A stretch of 53,181 bases of DNA from Psammoneis japonica. Lineage: Eukaryota. Shown here in pieces: positions 1-10,405 of the stretch; positions within the stretch are counted from its first letter, which is position 1; each line of letters starts with the position of its first letter. A program made the translations under genes and the position numbers. A model generated the notes under the pieces. That model made no database searches. It had not been told where the DNA came from and worked only from the letters and a program-made list of their open reading frames with translations. The DNA is taken from contig QPGO01000135.1 of assembly GCA_008632985.1 (NCBI GenBank), positions 186,001-239,181 on the forward strand. Direction: 5' to 3'.

Positions 1-413
1 AACACCAGACCTGAAGCCAGAGACCCAAATCCAGGAACCCGGATTTGGAGCTCTAGAGCCACCACTCCACAGGGAGACAAGAGGCCACACACAAGAGAGA
101 GGGAGAAAGTCAAGGAGAAGCAAGAAGAGAGGCAAGGTGAAGGAGGAAAGGCAAGTGGAAGTGGCCAAAGCATGTGGCACTGTGAGAGCGGCAACACTTG
201 GCCTGGAGACCGGGCCAGGGAGAGAAGAAAATGAGTCAGGTGTGAATGCCAAGCAAGGGGAAGAAGCATGTTGTGAAGCCACACTGGCAGGGCTGAGAGA
301 CAGTCCATGGGATTGGGCGACAGACCCCACCAGTTGCTCTGAAGACATGCCAACTGCCCAATGACCGCAAAGGTAAAAGAAAAACCAAGGCTGAGTGTCA
401 AGGAGTGCACCAA

Positions 414-2421
414 TCATGGTTTGCACCATTGGGGAGCTGACAGTGCAGAAACAGTCATGCAAAGTAAAACTTGACAGCATCTGAGTTCCAGTGGAGACAA
501 CAGGCCGCATCTTTGATGGGGCCCCCAGCATTGAAGAGAGCAACAGCTGCTGTTGCATGGTTGGGGTGGGAAACCAGGCATTTGATGTGCTGACGCAAGC
601 AGTGGGAGGGATCCAGATGTGCTGCTTTGCAGGCATTGCACAAGAAGCTGACACATGTTTGCTTTGAAGGAAGGTGTGCAAGCCTGATGGCGAGTTCTGA
701 AAGGCTCCTGGGGGCTCATCCAGTGGGATTCTGAGTCTCCAAGTGTGACCAATGATGGCTTGTGTGGCTTTCACGGGGCAGAAAAAACCATCAAGGCAGC
801 GGCAACATCAAATTGTGAAGTTCTCCTTGCTCTTGTCATGGCAAAAGAGAAGGTGGAGTTCTGTGGCTTCTTCAGTGAGCTTGTGATGGGGAGGCAGGGC
901 TGTGAGATTGGAGGTGTAGAATGTGAAGTCCAATGTGATGATTGCAAAGGGCACTCTTCCATTCCCTGGCTTCAGGGTTCCAAGGGAGCATGGCAAACAC
1001 TTGACCTTTTGGGATCTTGCTCTGAGCACGCTCTGCAAGGCAGAAACTGGTGAAAAGGGAAAAATTCCCAATCTGTGATGGCAGCAAAAAGATCCAGAAA
1101 AGTGGCTTCTTGTGAGGCCAGCTGGGCTTGGCACTTGAGTTCCATGTGCCCATGCATCTCCCCAGAGATGGAATGTTTTTTGTCATGCTTTTTTCACCAG
1201 GTCCAGTGCTGGTGGATGATTTCACCAAAGAAGGGAAGCAACTGTGACTTCCCATTGAGTTCTTGGCAGATTGGAGCATCGATGCCAAAGTGATGCTTCA
1301 ACCAGGTGCCTGCAATGTTGAGACAGCTGACAAGGGAGTCTTTGGCCAGGATGGTTGCATTGTGGAGGGACTCACCCTCAGCAAGGCTGAGCAGGTGACA
1401 GCTGAGAATGGGGATGGTCTGGGTGGCCATTGGTTTTGCAAGACTGATGCTCAAGCCAGCACGCAAAGTGACCAGCGTGAGACTCAAAAGTTGTGTCATT
1501 TGCACTGCGGACATGTCCTTGGTCAAGTCTTGTCCAACAAGCAATGAAATCACATTGCCAAGCTCAGAGGGGACATGGCATGCTTGCACTGTTGAGAGCC
1601 AGAAGCATTGCTCTGCAATGGATGCCCAAGTTGGGTGGTCCGCTGGGTGCAAGAGAGTGTCCGCCTCATCATTGGTGAGGCCAGCTGTGAGGCTTGCTGG
1701 TCGGGGATCCCTGAAAATCAGTGGCAAACAGAAGAGCATTGAGAAAGTGAGCAAGGCACTGGAGAATGGGGCGGTGTGTACAACTTGTGCATTCAACCAT
1801 GAGAGCGTGCTTGTGTTGTCCAAGCAAGCATGCAGCATCTGTCCACCAACTCACACCGCACCATGCTGCCAGAAAATCAGGGCCATGCAGAGGTTGATGA
1901 TGATTGCAATGAACTCCAGCACGTTGATGTGGAGCCCCTTTTTGTCAATGAGGGGCTCCTGCATGCTCCTTCATTGGGAAGCCCCATTTCACAAGGTTGG
2001 CTCAACTGAGGCACCACATGAAGTTGAACTCCAGGCTCCAGCTGCAAAGGCCTGCATGGGAAGCATCAGAGAGAACCTCCTTGGTGTGGTCCTGGGGCAC
2101 CAGGCAACCAACACAGCACAACCAAAAGTGATCACAGTGTGGCTTGACTGGCTTGTTGTGTGGAAGCTGCAAATCACAACAGGCTCTCTTGGGCATGGTG
2201 ACCCAGCTGTGGCACCAGAACTCTTTAGAGGAGGCACGGGCTGCTTGAGCACTGATTGCTTCAATCAGGGCCGTGGCAATGCACAGGGAGAAAAAAATGC
2301 CGGTGGGAGTGACAAAGGAGGCATTGTGCATGAGATGCCAAGCAGCTGTGCCATTTCTCAAGGTGTGTGCCAAAGGCGCCCTTTGCACATCCAGAGCTTG
2401 TCCAAGATGGCCCAAAACTGG
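414..2421 (-). mobile_element. Decayed tyrosine-recombinase retrotransposon (DIRS/Ngaro-like): RNase H plus tyrosine recombinase; 5' part truncated by a TRIM insertion
   Basis: Minus-strand motifs: 'VLSDASHAGLCSWS' (ORF 2002..2415) and 'GLHINVLEFIAIIIN' (~1890-1937) match DIRS-type RNase H. 'LVSHPNHATAAVALFNAG...LHWNSDAVKFY' (455..643) is a degenerate H-S-x-R...R-W-x-S...Y recombinase C-terminus. Frameshifts and stops present; ends approximate. Confidence 0.75.
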
Positions 2422-2599
2422 TGCAACATCCAGCTGCTTACAAGAGCCAATGCATCACGGCGACGTGTCACAGCCTTTAAAAGTCACAAAGGTCATGACA
2501 AAAATGACCTTTTGTGTGCATGCATTCTGCATTGTGAATTCACAGCAGAGTGGTTCATCACGTAACCATTGGGCAGAAGGCCAGGGGTTCGAAACTGAG
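2422..2599 (+). mobile_element. Truncated TRIM copy (110-bp LTR 2422-2531 plus tRNA-like A/B-box segment)
   Basis: Aligns with 24146-24325. TG...CA LTR, followed by CAGCAGAGTGG (A-box-like) and GGTTCGAAAC (B-box-like). Interrupted at 2600 by a Copia LTR. Confidence 0.75.
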
Positions 2600-2779
2600 T
2601 GAATGCTGACACACTGTCACGAACACAGGCAGTTTATGTGCTGTTGGCGATTGGCCCACTGTCGCTTGTTTGGTGGTCCCAGTGGTGCAACATCTCACAA
2701 TTCTAGAACCTGTTGATGCTGTTCAACACTCTGTCTTGTCTTGTGCCCAATTCTCAGCTGTCATGGCAGCATTTGTTCA
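2600..2779 (+). repeat. 5' LTR of Copia family A (~180 bp)
   Basis: TGAA...TTCA ends; reverse complement of 4604-4787. Followed by ctttGTCAGAGCCA, resembling an iMet PBS core (ATCAGAGCC), and then a gag ORF. Confidence 0.7.
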
Positions 2780-3269
2780 CTTTGTCAGAGCCAATGCGCT
2801 GTGATGTTCATCACCTGGAATGGGCATCACGGATGGTGCAACGGCATCATTGCAATCGATTTTTGCAGCAAGCGCCATGTTGGTCCCATGGTTGCTCGTG
2901 CAATCGCTGAGTCCTTTGTGCGCACATCAACATTCATGGATGTGAACGACATGCTCTTGGAGACCAGAGCTGTGATCCGTCAAGTGGATGGAACATGTTG
3001 GCAAAGACACACAAACATTCGTGATAAAGACAACACAATGGTTTGTGCATTGAGGTCCATTGTTTGACTGTGTCGTTTAACCAAAATGCGTTGTCAAACT
3101 GCTTGGACAACATACATGTGGATGCATGTCTGTTGGAAATTATTGCTCAGGGGCAATCTTGCCTGCTCGCGAGTTTGCCAAGTAGAAACTGCCAAATCGG
3201 CACGAGAACCACACATTTTTCTCATTTTTCTCCCCTCACACAAGTGGATGCTCACGTGTCGAAACGCGA

Positions 3270-4603
3270 GTGACTGTTGACATACCTGCCGCAGCCTTTA
3301 CTGCTTGTCTTACACATTGTGGATACAATGCGCAGACACGTGCCTGCACAGCCGCTCATGGCTTTGCTGCTGTCCAGGACCTGGAACAGGTCCCTTTAGC
3401 AGAAATTGCCACAATGACCAAGGGTGTTATGAAGGTCATGGATGCCACCGCCAACCCTCAAGTCTGCTTCCCACACCTGGCGAATCGCAAGTTCAAGGCC
3501 CTGCATGCATGGACTGACTGCTGCAGAGCCCGAAATCAACAGCCAACTCCCGCTCTCTTTGCTGGTGACACTGTTGGGACATGGACGGCACGTCTCACGG
3601 AATTGGAACAACTCAAGTCAGCGGATTCGGATGTCAACTCGGTGACCAAGATGGTTGTGGAACTCAAGAATCTACATGACTGGCCCACCTTCCAAGAGTT
3701 GCTGGAGACTGAACTGCACCACCACAGCAGCACTGTCACTGGAGCACCCCTCATCTACCTCGTTGGGGAGCATGAAGAAGTCACCGACAATGTGTTGGGT
3801 GCTGCCTGCTCTGCCATTGACGAAGACCTTGTTGCCACTGCCCGACTTGCAGGAGCACAGCACACACAGGACAGGCAATGCCTGTGTGATCTCCTGAAGA
3901 AGTCAGTGACAGGCGGGCCTGGATGGGCTTTTGTCAAACCTTCCAATCGCAGTTGCGATGGTCGTGCTGCCTTCTTTGCACTGAAGAGACAGGTGGAAGG
4001 ATTGGCTGCCACCACCACCCACAAGAACCATTCTTGTGCACAGATTGCTGCCGCAAAGCACACCGGATGGGGTCGTTTTACTTCTGACCAGCACATTCAA
4101 TGCCATCAGAAGGCCCACAACAACTTGTCGGAGCTAGATGAACCAGCAGCCAAGACCAAGAAGGTCTCTGACTTTCTCAAGGGCATCTCCGACCCCAGGT
4201 TGGAGACTGGCAAGAGTGCAGTGGACGGTGATCCGGTGAAGCTAGCAGATTTCAAAGCATGCCAGCAGTGCATGAAGACTCTGGTGGAGAATGCCAAGAA
4301 CCACAATGCCGACACTCGCGGAACAGCACCCGTCCAACGCCGCAACAACCAGTGTGGAAACCCTGGTGGCAAGCACCCACCTGAGAAGGACAAGCCCAGG
4401 ATCCGGGCAGGCCATTGTCCTGTTGATGAGTGGAATGCTCTCGACAGTCCTGAGCAGGAGCAAGTTAAGAAGCTCCACGAAGCCAACAAAGCCAAGAAGA
4501 AACACAAAGCAGCAGCTGCATCTTCGGAGGCTGAGTCGGCCGATGCCGAAACTCGTGCTGTTAAAAAGGTGGCTAATGCTGAGCCTGAACCTGCTGATGA
4601 ACA
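3270..4603 (+). pseudogene. gag: Copia family A gag (CoDi-like), hypermutated and 3' interrupted
   Basis: 450-aa ORF with 'GPGWAFVK...DGRAAFFALKRQ' and 'KKVSDFLKGISDPRL', typical of diatom Copia gag. Only 2 Tyr. Runs into an inverted LTR at 4604. Confidence 0.75.
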
Positions 4604-5554
4604 TGAACAAACACCACCATGACAGCTGAGAATTGGGTGCAAGACAAGACAGAGTGTTGAACAGCATCATCAGGTTCTAGAATTGTGAGATGTCATGCTG
4701 CCGAGGCCACCAAATGAGCAATGGTGGACCAATCGCCAATGGTGCATAAACTGCCTACATTCGTGACAGTGTGTCAGCATTTTTTCAGTCCCCTCAAACT
4801 GACACTGGCTCCGCTTGGGCCAGATCGACAGACAAATGCAACCTGATGCTGCCCCATTCCAGGGCAGTGTTTTCATTTTGGGGATGGGAAAAGCTGCACC
4901 TGCATGGCAAACCTGTTCGGTTTGTCCCCTTTTGGGACTCACCACAGGACATGACTTATGATTTCCCGGAGCTTTGGTCCAGGCAACAACTCAGTTAGCA
5001 CGTCCACTAAATTCGTGCTTCCGTCTTCCCAAGCAATGCACACTGTTCCAGTGGCTTGTGCCTCACGAGTCCTGTGACAGGCAATTGCATTGTGCTTCTT
5101 CTTCAAAGTGGACTCTGGTGTAGTTGAGTTCTTGAAGACAGCCTCATTGTCACAGAAAACGTCAGTGGCCCCATCCATGGGGATTCCGAGCATCCGAAGC
5201 TTGTGATGCAAGGCTTCAATTTGCTCCACTGCAGTCTTCATAGCCACAAACTCCGACCCAAAAGTAGAGGACTCTGCGGTGTTCTGCCGCTTAGAGTGGC
5301 ATAAGATGGGCACTCGTTGGATAAATGTCAGGATCCCAGTGTGGGACCTGCGCGTCACACGGCATCCGGCGTGATCAGCATTGACAAAGCAAGCAGTGGT
5401 CACGCCATTCCCGCGTGCCTCCGGCATGTTCGGCTGCATTGGTTCAGCTGCACCAGGGTGACATTCTTCCCAATCGCACTTGGTAAAAGGACTCTCATCA
5501 AAGACAGGCTCAGTGTGGTTGAACACTGGCGCAGACTTAGAGTGAGCCTTCAAG
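4604..5554 (-). mobile_element. 3' end of Copia family A in reverse orientation: RNase H (4939-~5550), PPT (~4789-4799), 3' LTR (4604-4787)
   Basis: ORF 4939..5571 has 'FVNADHAGCRVTRRSHTG', 'ESSTFGSEFVA', 'FCDNEAV', 'LKKKHNAIACHR'. Minus-strand tttgagggga lies just before the LTR. Confidence 0.85.
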
Positions 5555-5740
5555 TGCTGTCCCATTTGCAATCAAGTGCCAAGCTTCCTGTCTGGTCTGC
5601 AGAGTTGTGCGGGCACGTTCGAACCCTTGGCTGTTGATGCCTTGGGTTGCTTGAGAGCAGAGCAATGGGTTGTAAACCCCTGCTGACAAGCCAACCAGAG
5701 GTGGACAAATCTGACAGAATTTGAACAAGAATGACTCACT
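5555..5740 (-). repeat. Deleted LTR fragment of Copia family C
   Basis: 5555-5708 aligns with 15176-15335 and, inverted, with ~29122-29278. Confidence 0.65.
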
Positions 5741-5800
5741 CTTGTCCCACTCCATTCTCCAGCTGATTCCAACACCAATGATGCTGCATGGATCAATGCA

Positions 5801-8800
5801 GTGCACATCACCATGCATGAGTCTCTTCATGACTCTCATCCAGTCTCATCTGACTGTGATTGTGGCACTTTCGAGGTCAATGCCATGCACTTTGAGAAAT
5901 CAGAATGCTGTGGGCAACTTGACACTGGTGCTTCTATCTCGTGCACGGGTGAATGTGACCTCCTTCACTCCCATCGGGAATTTTCTGATGAATTTCCTTG
6001 TCCTCTAGACATGGCCCCTGCTGTAGGATCCAAGGCCATTCCCCATGGTGTTGGTCATCTGCACATCCCTGCCGAAATGGACAATGGTTTTGTTTGCATG
6101 CGGAGTTGCTGCCACCCCGCTCTCTGTTCAACTCTTGTCAATGAATGCAATTTCCTTACTGCCAATGGTGCACGTCGACAAGATTGTGTCACTGAGTGCA
6201 TTCAAAAGTTCCACGACCTCAGAACTTGTCGATTTACTGCGAAACGTTGTTTACGGAAGAGTCAGGACGTCCTCACACGTGGACAACTCATCAATGGAAA
6301 ATGTTTTACTGACCCGTTGATTCCGCCTCAGACGACAGATGCAATTGACACATCGATTGCTCAAGTCAAGGTGGATGACCCTGAATTTGCTGATGAATGT
6401 AATGCTGTCACAGCGCACCTTGTTGAAACACACAAGGATGACAAGCAGGAAGCCCTTCATCAAGAGAAGAAACTCATTCCTCGTTGCCATCAAGACCTGG
6501 AATTCCAGGAATGTGTCGACGACGAGGCTCCAATCCAGTCTCTCAAGGCCAACACCAAATGCTTGCTGTGGCATCAGCATCTTGGTCACCCAAGTGATTC
6601 ACACTTATTTGATGCTCACAAGCATGTTGATGGAGTCCCCAAGTTCTCCAAAGGTCAATCTCCCCTTGACACTTGCCCTGCGTGTGTTCAGGCGAAGCAG
6701 ACCAAGACACCTGCTGGACCTGACACTGCTCGGATGGCTGCTCAACCTTGTCAAGGTCTTGCTGTTGACTTCTCTTTCTCCGGCATGAAGTCTAAAGACT
6801 CTGAACATGCTGTTGATTGTGTTGGTCTCAATGGGGAGACTTGTTGGACACTTGTCTACAACCATTGCTCCCAACATCTCCATGGTGCTGCTCGTGTTTC
6901 CAAAGCCTCGCCGATTAGTTGGCTCAGCCATTTCTTGGACGAACACTCGCCAAATTGTCCTGACAAACATGTGTTTGTGGACCAGGGTGGAGAATTGAAC
7001 TCAAATCCTGAGGTGCAAAGACTTTTTGAAGATGACTTCAGTTGTGACATGCGCCCGACTGGGAAGGATGCCTCCAATCAGAATGGCCCTGTTGAACATG
7101 CCCACTTGACAGTGGCGAATGCAATTTGAGCGCTCTTGATCGGTGCCGATTTTGGCCTCATGCATTCCATCATTGTCTTTGGATTAAGAATGCTGTCCCG
7201 CCCAAGGACAAAGATCGTTCTCCTTTGACAATTGCCACAGGAAAGGTGGATAACTTCAAGGATCTCCGCACATTTGGTTGTCGTGTGTGGGTGCGCTGTT
7301 CTAACCGACGACCCGCCAAACTCAAGTCTAACTCGCGCAAGGGTGTGTTTCTTGTTGGTTGCCTGCCTGACACCACCAAGAATGTCTTGTGGCATGATCC
7401 AGTGACATCATGCATCAAGATTGCCAAGCATGATCATTTTCATGAAGGCATGAATGACCTCCCTCCTGACAAGATTCCACCTGATGTTGTTCATTTACAA
7501 CGTGTCCAGAATGGTGAACCATTGCCTGCTGAACCATCTGAAACAACAGTTGATGATTTTCATTTTACTGGCAATCCTTTTGCCAAGACACTGTCATGGA
7601 CATTGAAAGGATTGAACTCGGACAGCTCCTGTGGCATGACCCTTGACACCAATCCGCTCTACAAGCAGGTTCATTTGTCGGGGATCAACAGTGCGAGTCC
7701 TGCGTCATGCCCATTTTCATCTTTGAAGGCCACGGGGAACAAGGCATTGGGCACATGCATTGCATCGATTGATGGTGCTGACATGTTCACCCCCTGCATG
7801 AACTCCAACGGCTTCACGAGAAGGGCACGGAAAGTTTCAATGTTGTGTTTGCACCTGAGCGGCGCCTTGACTCTCATGAATTACAACGTGCTCTTGTCGA
7901 GCACAACATTTTCTCCCCGCCTCCTGCACCTGATGAGGACCATGTCCCTGAACTTGCCATGGCGGACATCATGCACATTGCTGCGTTGCTGCATCCGGAC
8001 ACGGATTTCTCCGATGTGACCCCAGGTGAACATGTTGAGGAACCGTTTGTTGACTGTGAGATGGCCACTGTCAACCTGTGTGCCATTTCTTCTCACACTG
8101 TTACACCTGAGGAGAAGGCCATTGGCAGTTTTGCACGTCGGCATCTTAAGAATTTAGCTGCTTGGCCTGAATGGCTTGCTGGTGAGAAGAAACAACTTGA
8201 CCAGTTTCATGATCTTGGAATGTTTGGTGCACCCATCCGACGACCACCGGGTGCTGTTGCACTTCGCCCTCATTGGCAACATCAAATCAAACAGGATGGT
8301 GCTCGACGCTCCAGACAGTGTTGCAATGGTTCCCCTTGGGCTGCCCCGGCTTTACACCGCATCCGTTCAACACACTTGTGGTGCATTGAACAACCGATTC
8401 AGCGTCTGTTTTTTGCCATCGCGGCTTCTTTGTCCTGTCGGGTCCACAGTGCAGATGCTCAAGATGCGTGTGCACACTCACCTTGTCCTGCCAATCCTGT
8501 GTACATTGCCATTGACGATGTTTGCGTGAAATGGCACAAGGAACGTTTTGGCATTGACATTGATCATGATGTGGTTTTGCCAATGCGTCATGCCCTCCAA
8601 GGTCATCCTGAATCGGGCGTCTTGTGGGAGAAGCATGTCAACAGCGTCCTTGCTGACGCCAAGCTACTTTTAAAAAGCACCGCACATGACAAGTGCATCC
8701 ACACCTCGACGTTCAATGGAAAGAAGATCCTGTCACTCTGCCAGGTCGATGATTTCTCTATCGCATGTCCGGAGGAATCTTGTGCTGTTGAAATTTTTGA

Positions 8801-9105
8801 GTTGATTGGAAAGGCTCTTCAGACACCGTCTGAGGACAAGCCTCCTTTCAAGTGCCTTGGCCCATGTGATGCTTTCAATGGTGTTGACATTCATCAGTGC
8901 AATGATTCATTGTCTGTCACCTGTCACACCCATCTGGACCATGTCTTCATTTCCCATGGATGGGATAGACTGGCTGAGGGTGAACTTGACACTGATTTCC
9001 ATGCTGTGCCCATTCCAGTTGAGTCAATTGGTTCACTTTGCCGCAAAGTTGGTCCCATGGAAGGGATGGCTGAGCATGATGAACTGGCAAAACAGGCTGG
9101 TTTCA
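5801..9105 (+). mobile_element. pol: Copia family B pol remnant (protease, GAG-pre-integrase, integrase, RT), truncated before RNase H
   Basis: 'QLDTGASISCTG', 'LLWHQHLGHP', 'VDQGGEL', 'SNQNGPVEHAH', 'LRTFGCRVWVR', 'ALQGHPESG', 'QVDDF' in ORFs 5801..7129, 7126..8019 and 7845..9203; frameshifted. Confidence 0.9.
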
Positions 9106-9242
9106 TTGGCATTTTGCTCATGGTGCAAGGCAGGAAAAATCCTGGTCGTGCACGCCTAGAATCGCAGCATGTTTCTACTACAGAAAATTTTTGTCAAAGT
9201 TGAGCTCAAAAAGTTGTCGGACCAAAAATGGCGGTGCCGGCT

Positions 9243-10332
9243 TGTTGCAGCTCACAAAATGATCGAACGAAGAAAGAATCAATGGCACAGAGAAATTGTG
9301 ACCAGCACAAGGCCTCAACCTGTCAGAGCACCAAAAGGACAGAGGCAACAATGGGTCAAAGACTCCCCAAAGACTGGGACAGTGATGCAACACATGCACC
9401 AGTGATCGAGAATGAGAGGATCTCGGATGGAGATCCACGAGGCCATCTAAAAGGGTCTGTCCATCAATCCTGCGGTGCAGTCTGTCTGCATGCCATCATC
9501 CGGTAGACTGACACCAGCATTGATGACATCAGGTGGACACGGCAAGCAGAGCTCCAGCCCAGACCATTGCAGGTGCCCCTGTGAATGATGGGGACATGTG
9601 TTCCAGGGTCAGGAACAGTTTTTGGTCTGGCCAGGTAGAAGTGCCTGGTCTCATGCCTGTGATGGCACACCCAGATGTGCAGACACCCAGATGGCTAAGA
9701 CACTTGGTTGGTGTGACTCGAACCCAAGCCCACTTTGGCATTTGTGACAGAATGTGCCACCATTGCTGACAGATTTCCATTCCCTGACTGAGAAATGGAG
9801 TGATCTTCCAGCACTCATGCCATTGATTTGTCACTGTTGCTGTTTGCTGTTTTGTTGTTCATCGTGCAGGCTGACTGCCAAAATTCCATTCTTCTTAGAT
9901 TTTTGTCACTCCCCATCAACCTGAAACTGTGAATGTCACTCATCCATCTCTTTTCAGTGGCTCCCAGCTTTGCTGATAAATGAACCCCAGAATCAACTCT
10001 TCTCACCACTCATGCATTTGTGTCATTGCAACATTCTCATTGCTCGATGACAGCTCAAGGTTGTTGACAAGGGTCATCAAAACTGTCAATCTGACAGAAA
10101 TTGAAAATGACTGGGTGGAAGAATGACTCCTTGCTGCTGTCTAAACAGCAGATGAGCATCCATGCAGAGACTGTTGCAGGAGCTGAAAGACTGGTGTTGT
10201 TGACATCGGTGCCACTGTTGTCATTCTTGTGAGCCGTGTGGTTTGAAAGCAAACTGCATCGCTCGATGCGCACGGAACTGAGAGCACACATGATTGTGTG
10301 TGATGAACTAAAATCTTGTTCAAATCCTGTCA
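9243..10332 (-). repeat. Long LTR (~1.1 kb) at the 3' end of the minus-strand Copia C-type element
   Basis: On the minus strand the PPT 'aaactggggag' is followed directly by TGACAGGATTTGAACAAG at 10332. The first ~260 bp match 28336, 32162 and 52781. The 9250-9560 part is similar to 27505-27800. The distal end is uncertain. Confidence 0.55.
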
Positions 10333-10405
10333 CTCCCCAGTTTGCTTGAGGGGTCAACAGCGATAGATTCAAGGTCAGATTGGCAGAAAGCCTCAGGATT
10401 GAAGT

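Noticed and set aside
1408..2565. 385-aa plus-strand ORF, and the many other Cys/His-rich ORFs in all six frames
   Set aside because: Antisense or off-frame shadows of TEs; loss of TA removes TAA/TAG stops and inflates ORF length.
8735..8760. QVDD instead of YVDD as a product of hypermutation
   Set aside because: Q is shared by both family B copies (QVDD/QADD) and is not a single TA transition from Tyr; probably a lineage trait.
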